Made by a program: the position numbers and the translations under genes. The notes under the pieces are model-generated. The model was not told where the DNA came from. It made no database searches and worked only from the letters and a program-made list of their open reading frames with translations. A stretch of 62,512 bases of DNA, taken from NCBI RefSeq assembly GCF_000181795.1, contig NW_003526941.1, positions 4,491,218 through 4,553,729 on the forward strand, written 5' to 3'. Below are positions 1 to 12,533 of this stretch, piece by piece; positions within the stretch are counted from its first letter, which is position 1, and each line of letters opens with the position of its first letter. This stretch comes from Trichinella spiralis. Lineage: Eukaryota.

Positions 1-110
1 GAATACGTTACACATGAAAGTCTCTATCTATCTCAAAAAATATTATGACGTAATTGAAAGAGCATAAAAAAACCGTAACTTAAATGAACTGGACGCACGC
101 TATCGTACGT

Positions 111-275
111 NNNNNNNNNNNNNNNNNNNNNNNNNNNNNNNNNNNNNNNNNNNNNNNNNNNNNNNNNNNNNNNNNNNNNNNNNNNNNNNNNNNNNNNNNN
201 NNNNNNNNNNNNNNNNNNNNNNNNNNNNNNNNNNNNNNNNNNNNNNNNNNNNNNNNNNNNNNNNNNNNNNNNNNN
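111..275. other. Assembly gap (run of N)
   Basis: Continuous N run. Confidence 0.99.
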
Positions 276-1424
276 NTCGATGAGTTATATACTTTATGAT
301 TAATATTTGATTTTCTTTCCGCAAATCAAAATTTCCATGAAAATTGTGCTAAACATGTAGTACGCTTACTTTTCGTTATTCTCAGCAAACAATCTCTACG
401 TCCGTTGATGCAAAATCGAACAAACAACAAGATATGAGATAGAACTTTACAATATTAAGGATAATATTCCTTCGCACATCTAGAAGCGATTGGTTAGCCC
501 AAATAAAGTAAATTAAATAAAGTTATTATTAAAGTTTTAAAGCGGAAGTTACGTCAAATTATTTCATCATTATTAGGCGTGTCTCGTTAACATGCAAATT
601 TCCATTCGTTCATTGCCTTCCCGTTTGTTTGCTTAGCAAGTAAAGCTTGCTACAAACGTCGACTTTACATTCGCCAAATCTAACCTCAGCTACATTTTAA
701 ACCTACTATAATGTAAAAATAGTAGACATTTATAAAGTACTAATAGTAAAAGTTTATAAGGTAATAAATAGTAGAGATAAAAATAAAAAATCACATACTT
801 GACAATTTGTTAATGAAATTATTCATAATGCAGGATAATGCTTGCTGATGAAAAGCAGGACAACCATGATGACTGATGGATGAATGCTGCAGATGATAAA
901 ATATTTTTGCGTAGAAAAACAATAAATAGTTGCAGAAAATGAGAAGCGCATTCAGTTGAACAATTTAATAATCTTCACCCTGTGACAAATGCACGAAAAA
1001 GGATTTCCATCAATAACAGTATTAATTTCTGTATATTAAAAGGAAAATGATGCACATTGCATTTTCAATGTAAAGCAATTGCTCGTGTTCAACAGAGAGA
1101 AAAGAGAATAGAAACAACAGTCTGATGATCATCATGATGAAATGAAAAGATATATTTTAATATGATGTGCAAAAAATAATACGATTTGAAAGATGAAAAT
1201 TGTTTTTACACAATTTGTCTTTTTGAGTTGTATATATTTTAAAAAGAAAAACAGATTATTATTATTATTATTGTTATGAATGAATATTCGTGAGACGTTG
1301 GTTGTCGGTAGATGTTGCTTGAAATAAAAATAAGACAGGAAAAAATACAGTAAAATAATAACTTTGGAATAATTTGAAATTGTCAGTTTGTCTGAGAAAG
1401 TAGACAGATAGAAAAGATTTGCAT

Positions 1425-4400
1425 TCATAGATTCGGTTGTTGGTCAGTGGAGCAAGTTGTCGATGGATCTCTGTTGATACTTGTCGAACTGCGTCGAAGT
1501 GTTTCGATCACTGTCGACAGTTTCAATTCGTTTTTCCACTGTCTCATATTCAAACCTTTGGTAATCATTTCGCCGAATCCAGGATGATGGGAAAAAGCGT
1601 AACTTGATCTTGTCGAAGCTCGACGACGTCGAAGTGAACTGGCCGTAGTCAACGATTGCAATGGCACTTCGGAAAGGCGCCCTTGCAGACGACGCAAATT
1701 CTGCTTGACGCGTATTCGATCCGACAACGACGGAAACACGTCAACCCAGAAGAACCGTACCGATATCTGAAATATAAGCAGCAAGCATTAATAAGTTGCT
1801 AGCAATTTGGATTCGACTGTGAAGAGTGACGAACAAATCCGTTCACTGATCGGACGTACGTGGGGCAGCATGAGCAGTACAACAATCAGCAAAATTGACA
1901 ACCAAAAGTTTGGATAAACGAACATCTCCATAGCGGTACCGTATCCGTTGTGGTGGAGGACGTCGAAAGGCAACAGTTCGTAATAGACAAGTGCGACGAA
2001 AAAATAAAACGCCAACGAGCCCCAGACGAAAATGTGGTTGATCAACGTCCAATAGGCAGTGTCGAGCGCAATTTGCGCCGTCACAGTAACAATCAGAGCG
2101 GTAAATATGGTAAACGACAGTGCTTGCATGCTTTGTGCGGAACTTTTGCCACCGAAGTCGACATTTTCACTCAACGCGGCGTAGGGAATGAAAAACAAAA
2201 CGCCCGAACTGAAAAAGCCCCTCAACACGGAATACGTGAATATGCGCATGTTGAAGTAAAGATTCTGCTGTCCTGGAATGTACAGTTCGGGATAACTGAA
2301 AGAAAACAAATAAAACGATACAAATTTTGAATACTCTTTTTCCTTTCTTCATCTTTACAGTCTCTAACTATAAACTAATAATAAAAGAAACAAACAGCAA
2401 CGTAAAATTAGATGTATTATTTATTATTTATTGTGCGATAATTTTCAAAATAGAAATGAAAAAAATCACCTCTCCAAAATAAAATGAAAATAAAAAAGAA
2501 AACACATAATAATATACGGCTCATCTGACAGATAACCAGCAAAGCTGATCACTTATAATCAAGCCGGCTGAGATTGATTGTTTCATCGAATAACAAATTG
2601 TATATATGAACAACAAGTACATACCGCAAACTGTTTTTGTCGCTGACATCCTGATCGAACACTCCAACACCGATAACTGGTAAAGCGGTAAAAAACAAAT
2701 TGTAACAAGCAATAAACAATGGATCATAGATAGTCTAAATAAAAATTAAAAGTAATTAATAAAAATGAAAAGATTTAATAAAATTGAACAAATAATCATC
2801 ACCTGAGCCGAATAGCCGCAGAAAAAGGCGAACCAAAAGTGGGCGAGCGTGAAGGCGAAATTTTTGTAAAAGAAATATTGCAAAAATTTGCACATGCGAT
2901 AATAGGACCAACGACCGTGGACGAGCAGCAGACGTTCGAGGTAGCGAAATTGGGCGATGGAAAAGTCGGACGCCAGTACCGCCTGCATACCCTCTTGGCC
3001 GGATATGCCGACACCGATGTGGGCAGTTTTGATCATCGACACGTCGTTGGCACCGTCGCCGACGGCCAAAGTGACCGCCTTCTGGTTCCGTTTGACCAAC
3101 GACACGACGAGAGCTTTTTGCAACGGAGTCACTCGACAACAGATGACCGCCTTGCAGGCGGTGGCGACTTTCAAAAATTGCAATTCCAGAGTCGGCTGCA
3201 ACGCGTGGACCAAACTGTGACCGTTGACCACCAGCGCATAGCCGTCCAAACGATCGACGGATGTATGACCAACGACGTTGCAGGACGAATTCGAATCATT
3301 CGCCATTACGATGATCGGATCACCGTTGCCGTTGCCGTTGCCGTTGCCGAGACAAATTTGCTGTTCGATGCGTTCGAGTTGGAAACGAACGTCGTCAATT
3401 TTCGACCCGTCCACTATGAACACCTCTTTCAAATTGACCGTCAACAGACGACACGAATATCCAATGTTGATTGCCGTCTCCTGTTTGTCGCCGGTCAGTA
3501 CCCAAATTTTGATGTTGGCCGCGATCAAATTGGCAATCGTCTCCGGTACACCGTCTTGCAATTTATCTTCGATCGCTGTCGCGCCCAACAACGTCATGCC
3601 GGTCTCGATTTCGTCGTAAATTGCGTCCATTTTGTCTTGTCGATTTTCCAACGACAAGCTGGCCTCGTGGCATCGTTTCTGCCATTGTTCGTAATAATCG
3701 ACACTGATCTCTTTGTAGGCAAGACAAAGTGTGCGCAAGCCGTCGCTGGCAAATTTGTCCAAATGTGCCTAGAAATCAAAAAGGTGTATGGATTGGATGG
3801 GATATCATTTTTGTTTTCTACCCCTCATCCACACACTTATCATCCAGCCAATCCCCCCCCCAACCCCGCTCTAGCTCAAAAAGTAGGCAAATGTACCTAT
3901 ACCTGGGTAGTCGAGTAGAGATGATCAGCAGGTGAGGCGGTGATTCGGCGCAAAATTACCGTATCAGCACCTTTGCAGTAGAGTTGGATTTTGTTGTTCT
4001 TCTTGACGATCACCGACATCCGCTTGCGAACGTTGTTGAAATCCAAAATCCACAACAATTCGTATTCTTCTTCGACGCCCATCACTTCGACGCTTATCGA
4101 TCTGGGCGTTCTGGACAAGAATACATAGCCGAAACAACGAGCCGCGATTGTCAACGCCGCCTCGTCCGGACTTTGGGCTTGATATTCCAAACGGTTCGTC
4201 TTCATTTCCGACATGACCGTATGGCAGAGGGACAAACAACGCCAGTACTCATCGACAGCAGCCAGTCGTTGTTTGGTATGTTTTAACAATTTGTGATCGT
4301 AGAAGACAAATTTATCATCTGCCCATTTGTTGTCGGAAAAGCTAATCGGGCGTGGAGCCTGAATAATAATAAGAAAAAAAACCAAATTAACAAAACAAAT

Positions 4401-7400
4401 TAGCAAACAAAATTAAACGCATTCCCCCTCCCCCCACCAACACCAATACCATACCCCTCCTTTTCCACGAACTTTATCCTGTTCCACTTGTTCAGGCATG
4501 TCGCCGTAAAGAACACCATTAATAGAACATTTGTTGAATGTCATAATATTCTGCGTCAAAGTTCCAGTTTTGTCACTGAAAATGTACTGGATTTGCCCGA
4601 GCTCTTCGTTCAGTGTTGTAGTGCGCGACTTGGCCGCCGTATCCATCGGCGCGTAGTAGAGATTTTCGTCCCAATTGATCCACCAAGAATGACAGACGCG
4701 AATTATTTCGACACTAAAATGTGGAATTCAATCAAATAAAACTGGGGGGAGGGGAGACAAAGAAAAAAACAAAGTTTTTTTTTGGTTTTTTTTACAAACC
4801 TGACGTAAAGAGAAATTGGTACTACAGTGTTCAAAAGAATTGCGTAAGAGAAAAAGACGAGAAAAGCAATGAAAACAACCGTCGCGGTAGTGGTCGAATG
4901 TTGTTCGACAAACGAATCCCACGGTAGAAAAGCTTGAAAATTTTTACCCGTCGTCCATTCCCAAGTGCCGCACAACACTGCAGAGATCATGCACATCGAT
5001 AACAAGAACAAGACAATCTGCAACAATATTAATAATAATAATAAATATACACATATACGGTGGATGGAAAATTAATTTTACCCCAATAATAAGAACGTTC
5101 AAAAAACGATCCAAGCTGGTGCGTTTGAAAAATGTTTTGCCACTGTTCATCATCAGCTTGGTATCACGGCCGGCAAAAATGACCACACCGAAGCACCATT
5201 TCGTGTTGCGCAACACGCAACCGCGCAAAAGCATCTTCTCGTTGTCCAACGAGTAGGTTTTCTCTTTCCAAATCAGACGACCCTGGAACGAACTGAGACA
5301 ATTGTTCGGCGCTTCGCATTGGATATCGCCGTCAAAATTGCTAATTTGAATCAAATCGTCGCCCATCGCGGCCGTTTCCGGCAAAGCTTGCTTCGCTTTG
5401 AGGTTCGTTTCGCCGTCAAGTTCGGCCGTTTCAATGTAACAAAGACCGTGCGGTTCACTTGTCGACAACAACAACAAATCTGCCTGCAAAAATCAAAAAT
5501 ATAAAAACAAACAAACAAACAAACAAACAAACAAATAAATAATCTTTTTTTATATTTTTTGTACAGCAACAAAATTGTCATTCTCCATTCGAATCACATC
5601 CCCGACACGAACGTTCTGCCATTTTTCTTCGACCACTTGACCACCTCGTACTACTTGCGATTTTCGATTGTTAACTTGATTATCACTTCGGTGCCTCTGC
5701 TAAAATTTTCCAATTAAAAAACAATCTTTGCAATCAACCAATCAACAACAACACATCAAATCTTCTTTCTCATTGCTTAATTTTTCTCAATTAACACATT
5801 CCTAGCTAGATTCGAATTGCTCAAATTCACAACATTCTCACGACTCGTCGTTCTCCTAAATATTCTTCCAATACTCATCACAATTTCACACATGCCAAAC
5901 ATTGTTCTTTTATTTCCTTTGAAAATGAACGCACAACACATCCCAACAAAAATACCATCGATAAATAAAAATTTTGTTAAGAAAAAAAAATTTTCATTTC
6001 AAAAACTAAGCTAATTAACACTGAAAACGGTAACAACATTTCAGATTTTTTTTTAATTTTGATATCAACAAAATCAATTGTTCATTTAAAATCTCATTTC
6101 AAATGGAAAATTCAGCTTGTTTTGAAAACAAACAAAATAATGCTTCAATTCAAAGATCCCCCACGCACGTCATACAAAATCATGAGAAGTTGGAAAAAAA
6201 CAAGTACACTAATAAAATGTCAACAAGTACAACATCATTAACAAAAAGTCATCCACCAATTAATAATAGTCATAATTCATTCGAGCATTCTTTACAAAAA
6301 TATTTAAAAAATATCAAAATTAACAAAAATTACACAACAATTAAATTTTTTTCTCGTTGTGATCATAAAGAGTATTTTATCCACTACCAATTAATTATGT
6401 TTAAATGAGAAAATGTTCAATTTGATGATATTTTATTTTGAAAAGAAACAATTGCCGTTGTAAAATTACCCTACGGGTTACTGTAACAGAATGCGTATCA
6501 TGACAGAAGTTGATTATTGAAAATCACGAACCAGTTCGTATTTCAATTACTAGTTTAGTATAGTTAGACAAAAACAGTCAAGTTATCAGCACGTTCATCC
6601 TGACACAGCATTCATCAAATTGAATTGATTCATCAAAATAACAATAACGATAACAGGTAACAAGGATCTAATAAATAAATAAACAAATGAATAATTACCA
6701 AATCGTCAAAAGCATCTTTGGCAGCAGTCAACGACAGTACAGCGACGAGAGGAAGAATGGTGGTCAGAGATGTTAAAGAAGAAATTTGTGGAATAAGCTT
6801 GAAAAAACAACCAACTACAGTTTCAAACGAAATAAAATCGACAAGGAACAAACAAAATTTACCTGCAATATCATAAGAATAAGAAAATAAAAATTGGCCA
6901 ATCTTTGGAATTGTTCAAATAAATTCTTTGGTAAAAATGTGAACAGATTGTACTTGGATGTGCGTATGAAATTTCTCTGAATAATAATAATAATATTATT
7001 ATTAAAGAAAAGTAAAATTTGCAGATTGAAATTTTCCAATACCGCATAGTCGAATTGTTCATTGTATTCACGGTCGTTGGCTCGAAGCCGTCGTTCAACT
7101 TCAGAAACTGTCCAATATTAAAGTAAAAAAAAAGAATATACAGAACACCATATATCAGTTTAATGTTTTTTAAAATAATAAAAAGTAAAACTTTAAAAAA
7201 CAACTTTACCATTATCTTGCGGATTGCGCTTTCGCTTCTTTTTGAATTTTTTCAACATTTTGCTGATCACGGCCGCCGTATTTGGCATGAAACAAACGTC
7301 CCTTGTTGTCAGTCGCCCATTTCTAATTGGAATAAAATATCAAAACAAAAAATAAATAAAATTAAAACGACGAATAAACAATGAAAAAGCAACAAATAGA

Positions 7401-7857
7401 AGAAGAAGAAGAAGAAGAAACATTTCCGTGCCATGACCAAAACACAGAACCGACATGAAAGAAATGACTGCTGTCGGCCATGTCCCCAATTCGGGACGAC
7501 ATGACCGCTTGTGGTCCAACAACTATTCCTGTAACAAGTTGTAGTTGGTCTCGCCTTTATTACTAGTCCCAATAGCAAAACAACTCTCTATTCACAAAAA
7601 GCATTCAACTCAATTAATGATAACAATACATTATTCCTGTTCGGAATACAATTTTTAAAAGCAAAACAAACAAACAAACAAACAAACAAATGAATGTTTT
7701 GAATTTGAGAAAAAAAAAGAATCAATAAATGTCGTATATTCAAATTGAACTATATCAATCAAGTGTGGTCATTAACGGACCTTGGCTTAATATTCGGGGT
7801 AACATTTTGGACATCCATGCCGACAACAGTAGACGGATCGTTGGACGACGATGCCAT
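1425..7857 (-). CDS. ATP8B: Phospholipid-transporting P4-ATPase, ATP8B class (tat-2-like), multi-exon
   Basis: Spliced exons give [35 protein letters not shown] (phospho-Asp), [32 protein letters not shown] and C-terminal RSSYAFSH. All introns I checked are GT-AG. Proposed first exon 7781-7857 (MASSSND...) joins exon 7210-7322 in frame; an alternative ATG lies at 7288. Confidence 0.93.
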
Positions 7858-8095
7858 GCTTAATGTCGTCCACAAAGTGGTAAGCTGGAAAAAAGAAACC
7901 AAGAGAAAATCACCACCGATGCGAAAGAAACAGTTCACAAGCTGATCGATCTTCACTTCAACACATTCGGCTCGGCCTTGGGAAAAACAGCAATGGCCAA
8001 GCTAGCTAGCTAGCTCGTTGTCGTCGTAGTCAGCTAGCATAAAAATAACCTCACAACGTTAGCGTGTGTGTCGCTAGGCAAAGCTAGCTAGCATT

Positions 8096-8119
8096 GCTCT
8101 CTCTCTCTCTCTCTCTCTC
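8096..8119. repeat. (CT)n microsatellite, with GCTA repeats nearby (~8000-8092), upstream of the ATP8B coding start
   Basis: Seen directly in the sequence. Confidence 0.8.
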
Positions 8120-9297
8120 CTTTGCTTACGATGGAAACGTCGGCTAGGAATTCTGGTCGCCAACAGGCAACCAACGAAATGATGAATGGTCAATTTTGAA
8201 AACCTTTTCTTTCACAGAACAACGAAATTACAAAACAATAATTGTACATTACTATTATTCAAGGGAAAATCCAACAGAAGCAGAGATGATTCGATAAACA
8301 GAGAACAAAGGACCAACAATCGGCACGAACGACGTCACGCTATTGTTGACAAATTCATCGTGACAAATAGCGTAAGCAAGTGAATTTGATTTTAAATCAT
8401 CATTCTACTGTTTCCCGTAGATGATTTCGAAAGATCAAGAAAAATCAGGAATTTAATTTGAACAGTTTTAAGCAATCAACAAAAATCACTACAACTTACT
8501 GGCAGTGCGACTGTTGCAATTGACCAGGACTTGAGAGATCGTGTGCTTCTTGTACGCGGTTTGAATACATGAAAATAAATTTACAACGTACATCTAGCCT
8601 ACTGGAGATGAGATCCAGCGGCCATCGACCAGAACTAACACATTCAGCCAAAGCTAATCACCAACTGACATTGCAACCAAAAATCCTGCATTTCATTCTG
8701 TATGAAAATCAAGTTCAAACTTCGAACAGAGGACAAAATAATCGCATCAATTTCAGTCGAACAATTTTTCAACAATATCGCATCAGAACAGATGGAAATG
8801 TTAAAAATTTGTTGATCAATTGTCTAATAATAAAATTTACAAACAATCACTGAATGGAAAAGCAAACATCAACGTCGCACAATTTCTCAAGTGTTTTCTC
8901 AAGTGAAGGAGAATTTCTTACGATCAAAAACAAAACGGATTGTCAAATTTTAACAATTCTTTCATTGAGAAACAAAAACAAAATGATCTACAAAATTTGG
9001 TAAAAATTTCACATAGTTGTCGGTAAAAAGGCTTACTTGATTATCTTTAAATACTGTATTGATGTAATTGAGTGATTCGCAAGGTGTGGTGGTAATTGCG
9101 CTTTGTTTTATACTACATTATTAATTTAACTTATACATATATATATATATATATAGATAGTGAAATTATTTCAGTGACGGCTAGGTGTGGGCGGAAAATT
9201 CTGTTCATTCTGTGCTGTTTCATTTCACAAAGCAACCCGTACCGCCTTTACGTTGTCGAGCAGATGGTAATTGTGCGCTTCTGTTCTCTGGTTTCCC

Positions 9298-10176
9298 ATG
9301 GATGAAAAGGAAAATATTTTATTTCTAATTGTCGACTTGAATCCAGTATGGTTGGGCAGGTTGATGGAAATGGCGGCAGATAGTCGGGGTCTTGTGATCG
9401 GTTCCTACACGAGCTCGATCACGGCATTTTCCAAAGCTTACAGCGCCATGTCGATGCGAAATCGTATATTGGCGATTGGTGTCTGTTTCCGCAATCGTCT
9501 CATTTTCCATCCAACCAAATCGGAATTGCAAAGTGGAAATTTCGAAACCGACATTTCGATTATCAGTGAACGCATTCGAAACGGTATGATTGGGATGATT
9601 GGAGAAAACCGACACATCGCCGCCGCCAATTGTAAATCCAACTTCAGCTGTCGAACCAGCTTGTCGCCAGCTTTGGCACAGTGTATTTGTTATTTGAATA
9701 GGCAGAAAAAGTCGAAAGACGAATCGAAGATCAGTGGAAGAATTCTGCTTGTCAAACTTAGCGACGATACCACTGACGAGTATGTAAATTTGATGAACGT
9801 CTTCTTCACCGCACAAAAGCAGAATTTGATTATCGATTGCATTTCGTTGGGTCAAAATTTAGCACTAATGCAACAAGCCTGCGACATCACCGGAGGCTTG
9901 TACATGATGGTGGACAACATCGGCGCTTTGTTGCCCCACCTGATGGTCCATTATTTGTCCAATGCTGATCTGCGCAACATGTTCCAAATTCCAAAAACCA
10001 AAGTTATCGATTATCGTCCAATTTGTAGCTGTCATCACAATTTAGTCGAATGTGCCTGGGTTTGTTCTGCTTGTTTGTCAGTATTTTGCAATTTTCAACC
10101 AATATGCTCAACGTGCCAAACAGTTTTTCAAATTCCTGTCTTGCCACAAGTGGGTAAACGAAAAGAGAACGCATAG
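9298..10176 (+). CDS. GTF2H3: General transcription factor IIH subunit 3 (p34/Tfb4), intronless CDS
   Basis: N-terminal LIVDLNP vWA-like start, YVNLMNVFFTAQK, QQACDITGGLY, and C-terminal Zn finger CSCH..VCSACLSVFC..PICSTC. First in-frame ATG is at 9298. Confidence 0.92.
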   Translation: MDEKENILFLIVDLNPVWLGRLMEMAADSRGLVIGSYTSSITAFSKAYSAMSMRNRILAIGVCFRNRLIFHPTKSELQSGNFETDISIISERIRNGMIGMIGENRHIAAANCKSNFSCRTSLSPALAQCICYLNRQKKSKDESKISGRILLVKLSDDTTDEYVNLMNVFFTAQKQNLIIDCISLGQNLALMQQACDITGGLYMMVDNIGALLPHLMVHYLSNADLRNMFQIPKTKVIDYRPICSCHHNLVECAWVCSACLSVFCNFQPICSTCQTVFQIPVLPQVGKRKENA

Positions 10177-10297
10177 ATTAATTAAATTAATTAATATTAT
10201 TCCACGTTTAATTAATGCTGTTTGTTGTTCTATGGAAATTAAAAAATAATTTCCCAAAAAAATTTAATATTATTTTATCAAAGTTTCCAATCAGTGC

Positions 10298-11227
10298 TTA
10301 CAAAACGATATTTTCTAAATCACGAACACCGTTTTTATCGATGATTTTCACTTGCAACGCTTTCACATCGACAATCAGACGCTTTCGAACCTGAAGTACA
10401 ACAATAACAATCACCAAGTATTTATTTCATTAGTAGAAAACAAACAAATCATTCATTATTACTTCTTGAAAGCATGCCTTCAACGCATCCATTGCTTCTT
10501 CGAATGTAAAATCTATTCACAGAAAAACAGTGTAATTAATGAAATACTGTACAATTGAGGAAAACTTTTACTTTCGTTGTAAATTCTGTCCAGTATGCTG
10601 TAAGTGAAAAAACCGCCGTAACCAAACATCAAATACGGACCGGTGAACTGCGTACCCAAATAGTCGATCATTGATAAATATGGACCTTCTTGTTCGTCAT
10701 AGCCGGCTAATATCATGTTCACTAGGTGTGGGGTCTGCGCGAAGAGACGATAAATTCAATTCAACAATGATATTACCATGACATTTTATTTTTCCACATC
10801 TACTTACCGCAGTGCGAAGACGGTCAATGATTGTCTTGCGCGCAAATGCGGCAATATTTTTTGGACTCAACTTGAAGCCTAGATTGAACAAAATTAATCG
10901 CGTTTATTATAATAAATCATGCAAATCTGAACGAACCGTGACGAAAATTGTACAAGTGCATGTTCCGCTCGATATATTCGCCAAAGACATCAGCTTCACC
11001 GCCGTCGCCTACGACTACCATTGCACAAGAATCGGTCGGTAAATAAAATTTATTATCCGCTAAAAGAAATTTTTAGTTTTAGAAGAATGCATGATATGAG
11101 TTATTTTCAAATGTTGCAAACATTAAACTATACTTTCTGTCATCATCCAGACTTGTTGCATGCACATCGTGTCCGCAGCGATTAAAACAAATTCTTTTGT
11201 TTTCATTCCGAAAAGATAGTTCAACAT
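10298..11227 (-). CDS. PSMB2: 20S proteasome subunit beta type-2 (beta4, pbs-4-like), 6 exons
   Basis: Spliced product MLNYLFGMKTKEFVLIAADT...GDGGEADVFGEYIERNMHLY...LSPKNIAAFARK...VNMILAGYDEQEGPYLSMIDYLG...GYGGFFTYSILDR...VKIIDKNGVRDL*. Introns are phase-compatible GT-AG. Confidence 0.9.
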
Positions 11228-12533
11228 TTTGTGCTTTTGTACTTGTTATTCTAAAACTTAAACTTTTCCATAAACGAAAAACAGAAACTGAACGACAACA
11301 ATATGCAACTGAACAACACTGGAAGCAAATAGCAACATTATCTTCAAAACTCATGTTCGTAAAAAAACAACCATAATTGAACATAATGCAATGTAATGGA
11401 ATAGAATGAAAAATTATTTCAACTTGAATGCAAATTAGCACAGAAATGATAAAAAAGTTTTTTAAATAAACACCCGAAAAAGTAACTTTCTTCATTTACA
11501 ATACAGTAGTAAGTGATTTGCAAGATTTATTGTATTACAGTGTAAATTTTTAATAAATAATTATTATCAGCCAATGTATAAGTGGCAACTGAAAACAAAT
11601 AAAGACGATTATAGTAATAATAATAATAATACAGAAGTAGCATTACATAAAAACGCATTAACTTTTCATTAATGAAAAATCAACGCCAAATTTTTACTAC
11701 TCTTAATAATGGAGCAAATACCAGCCTAGGTTCATGCGCGAATGCATGGCATATTTCAGCAGTTGGTTCATTAGAAAATTTTCATATGCTTTAAATTTAG
11801 AAAATCGCTGTACTGTACGTATCATATCACTCACTCAATTATGAGTGAAACTTGTTTGCATAATGTCATTATCAATAAAATTGTCAATCATGGTTACAAA
11901 TAGAATGAAATTATAAAAACGACAAAGTTAAAAGAAAAAAGATTTCGGTTCATCTTTCCGATTCATAAAATAACAAAATCAAGTGATAAAAGTTGAATGA
12001 ATAATTGTTTTCAAATGAATGTTCAATAAAAGAAAAATTTACTTTATCATTTCCAAGTTACTGAGAACAAATTATTATACACATTTGCATAATCATCAAT
12101 TTATACGGAATTATATTTCGAATCAGTTCTCGCAATATATGATAATGAATGTATCGATGAACTATGGAAATCGTATCAACAACGAGAATGAGAAAAAATG
12201 AATTTTGAAAAATTTCCAATCACCCACCCAGTCAGTAGTGTGATATTCAACAATAAAGGCAAGAAAGAAGAAGAAGAAATATCTAAGTGCACAACTGTTG
12301 ATTAACGTCCCATTTAGCAGTATACGCAACTGGACTAAAGCAGAGCTTTGTTCGACGACAATGCTGTTCGTTAGCTAACAGAAGTCGACATTGCCCATTT
12401 GTCCAGTAGTATAAAGTCGTAGCAAATGAAAAGCAATCAAAAATTACCATTACCATTATTCGACATCAGCATCAGTTCAACATTGGAAAATAAATTATTA
12501 GTATCTTTTTTTTCTTTTTCCAAACATGCATCG

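Noticed and set aside
84..324. ORFs 84-299 (+) and 100-324 (-)
   Set aside because: Artefacts of translating through the N gap.
2839..3918. 359-aa plus-strand ORF
   Set aside because: Antisense shadow of the large GC-rich ATP8B exon; no recognisable motif.
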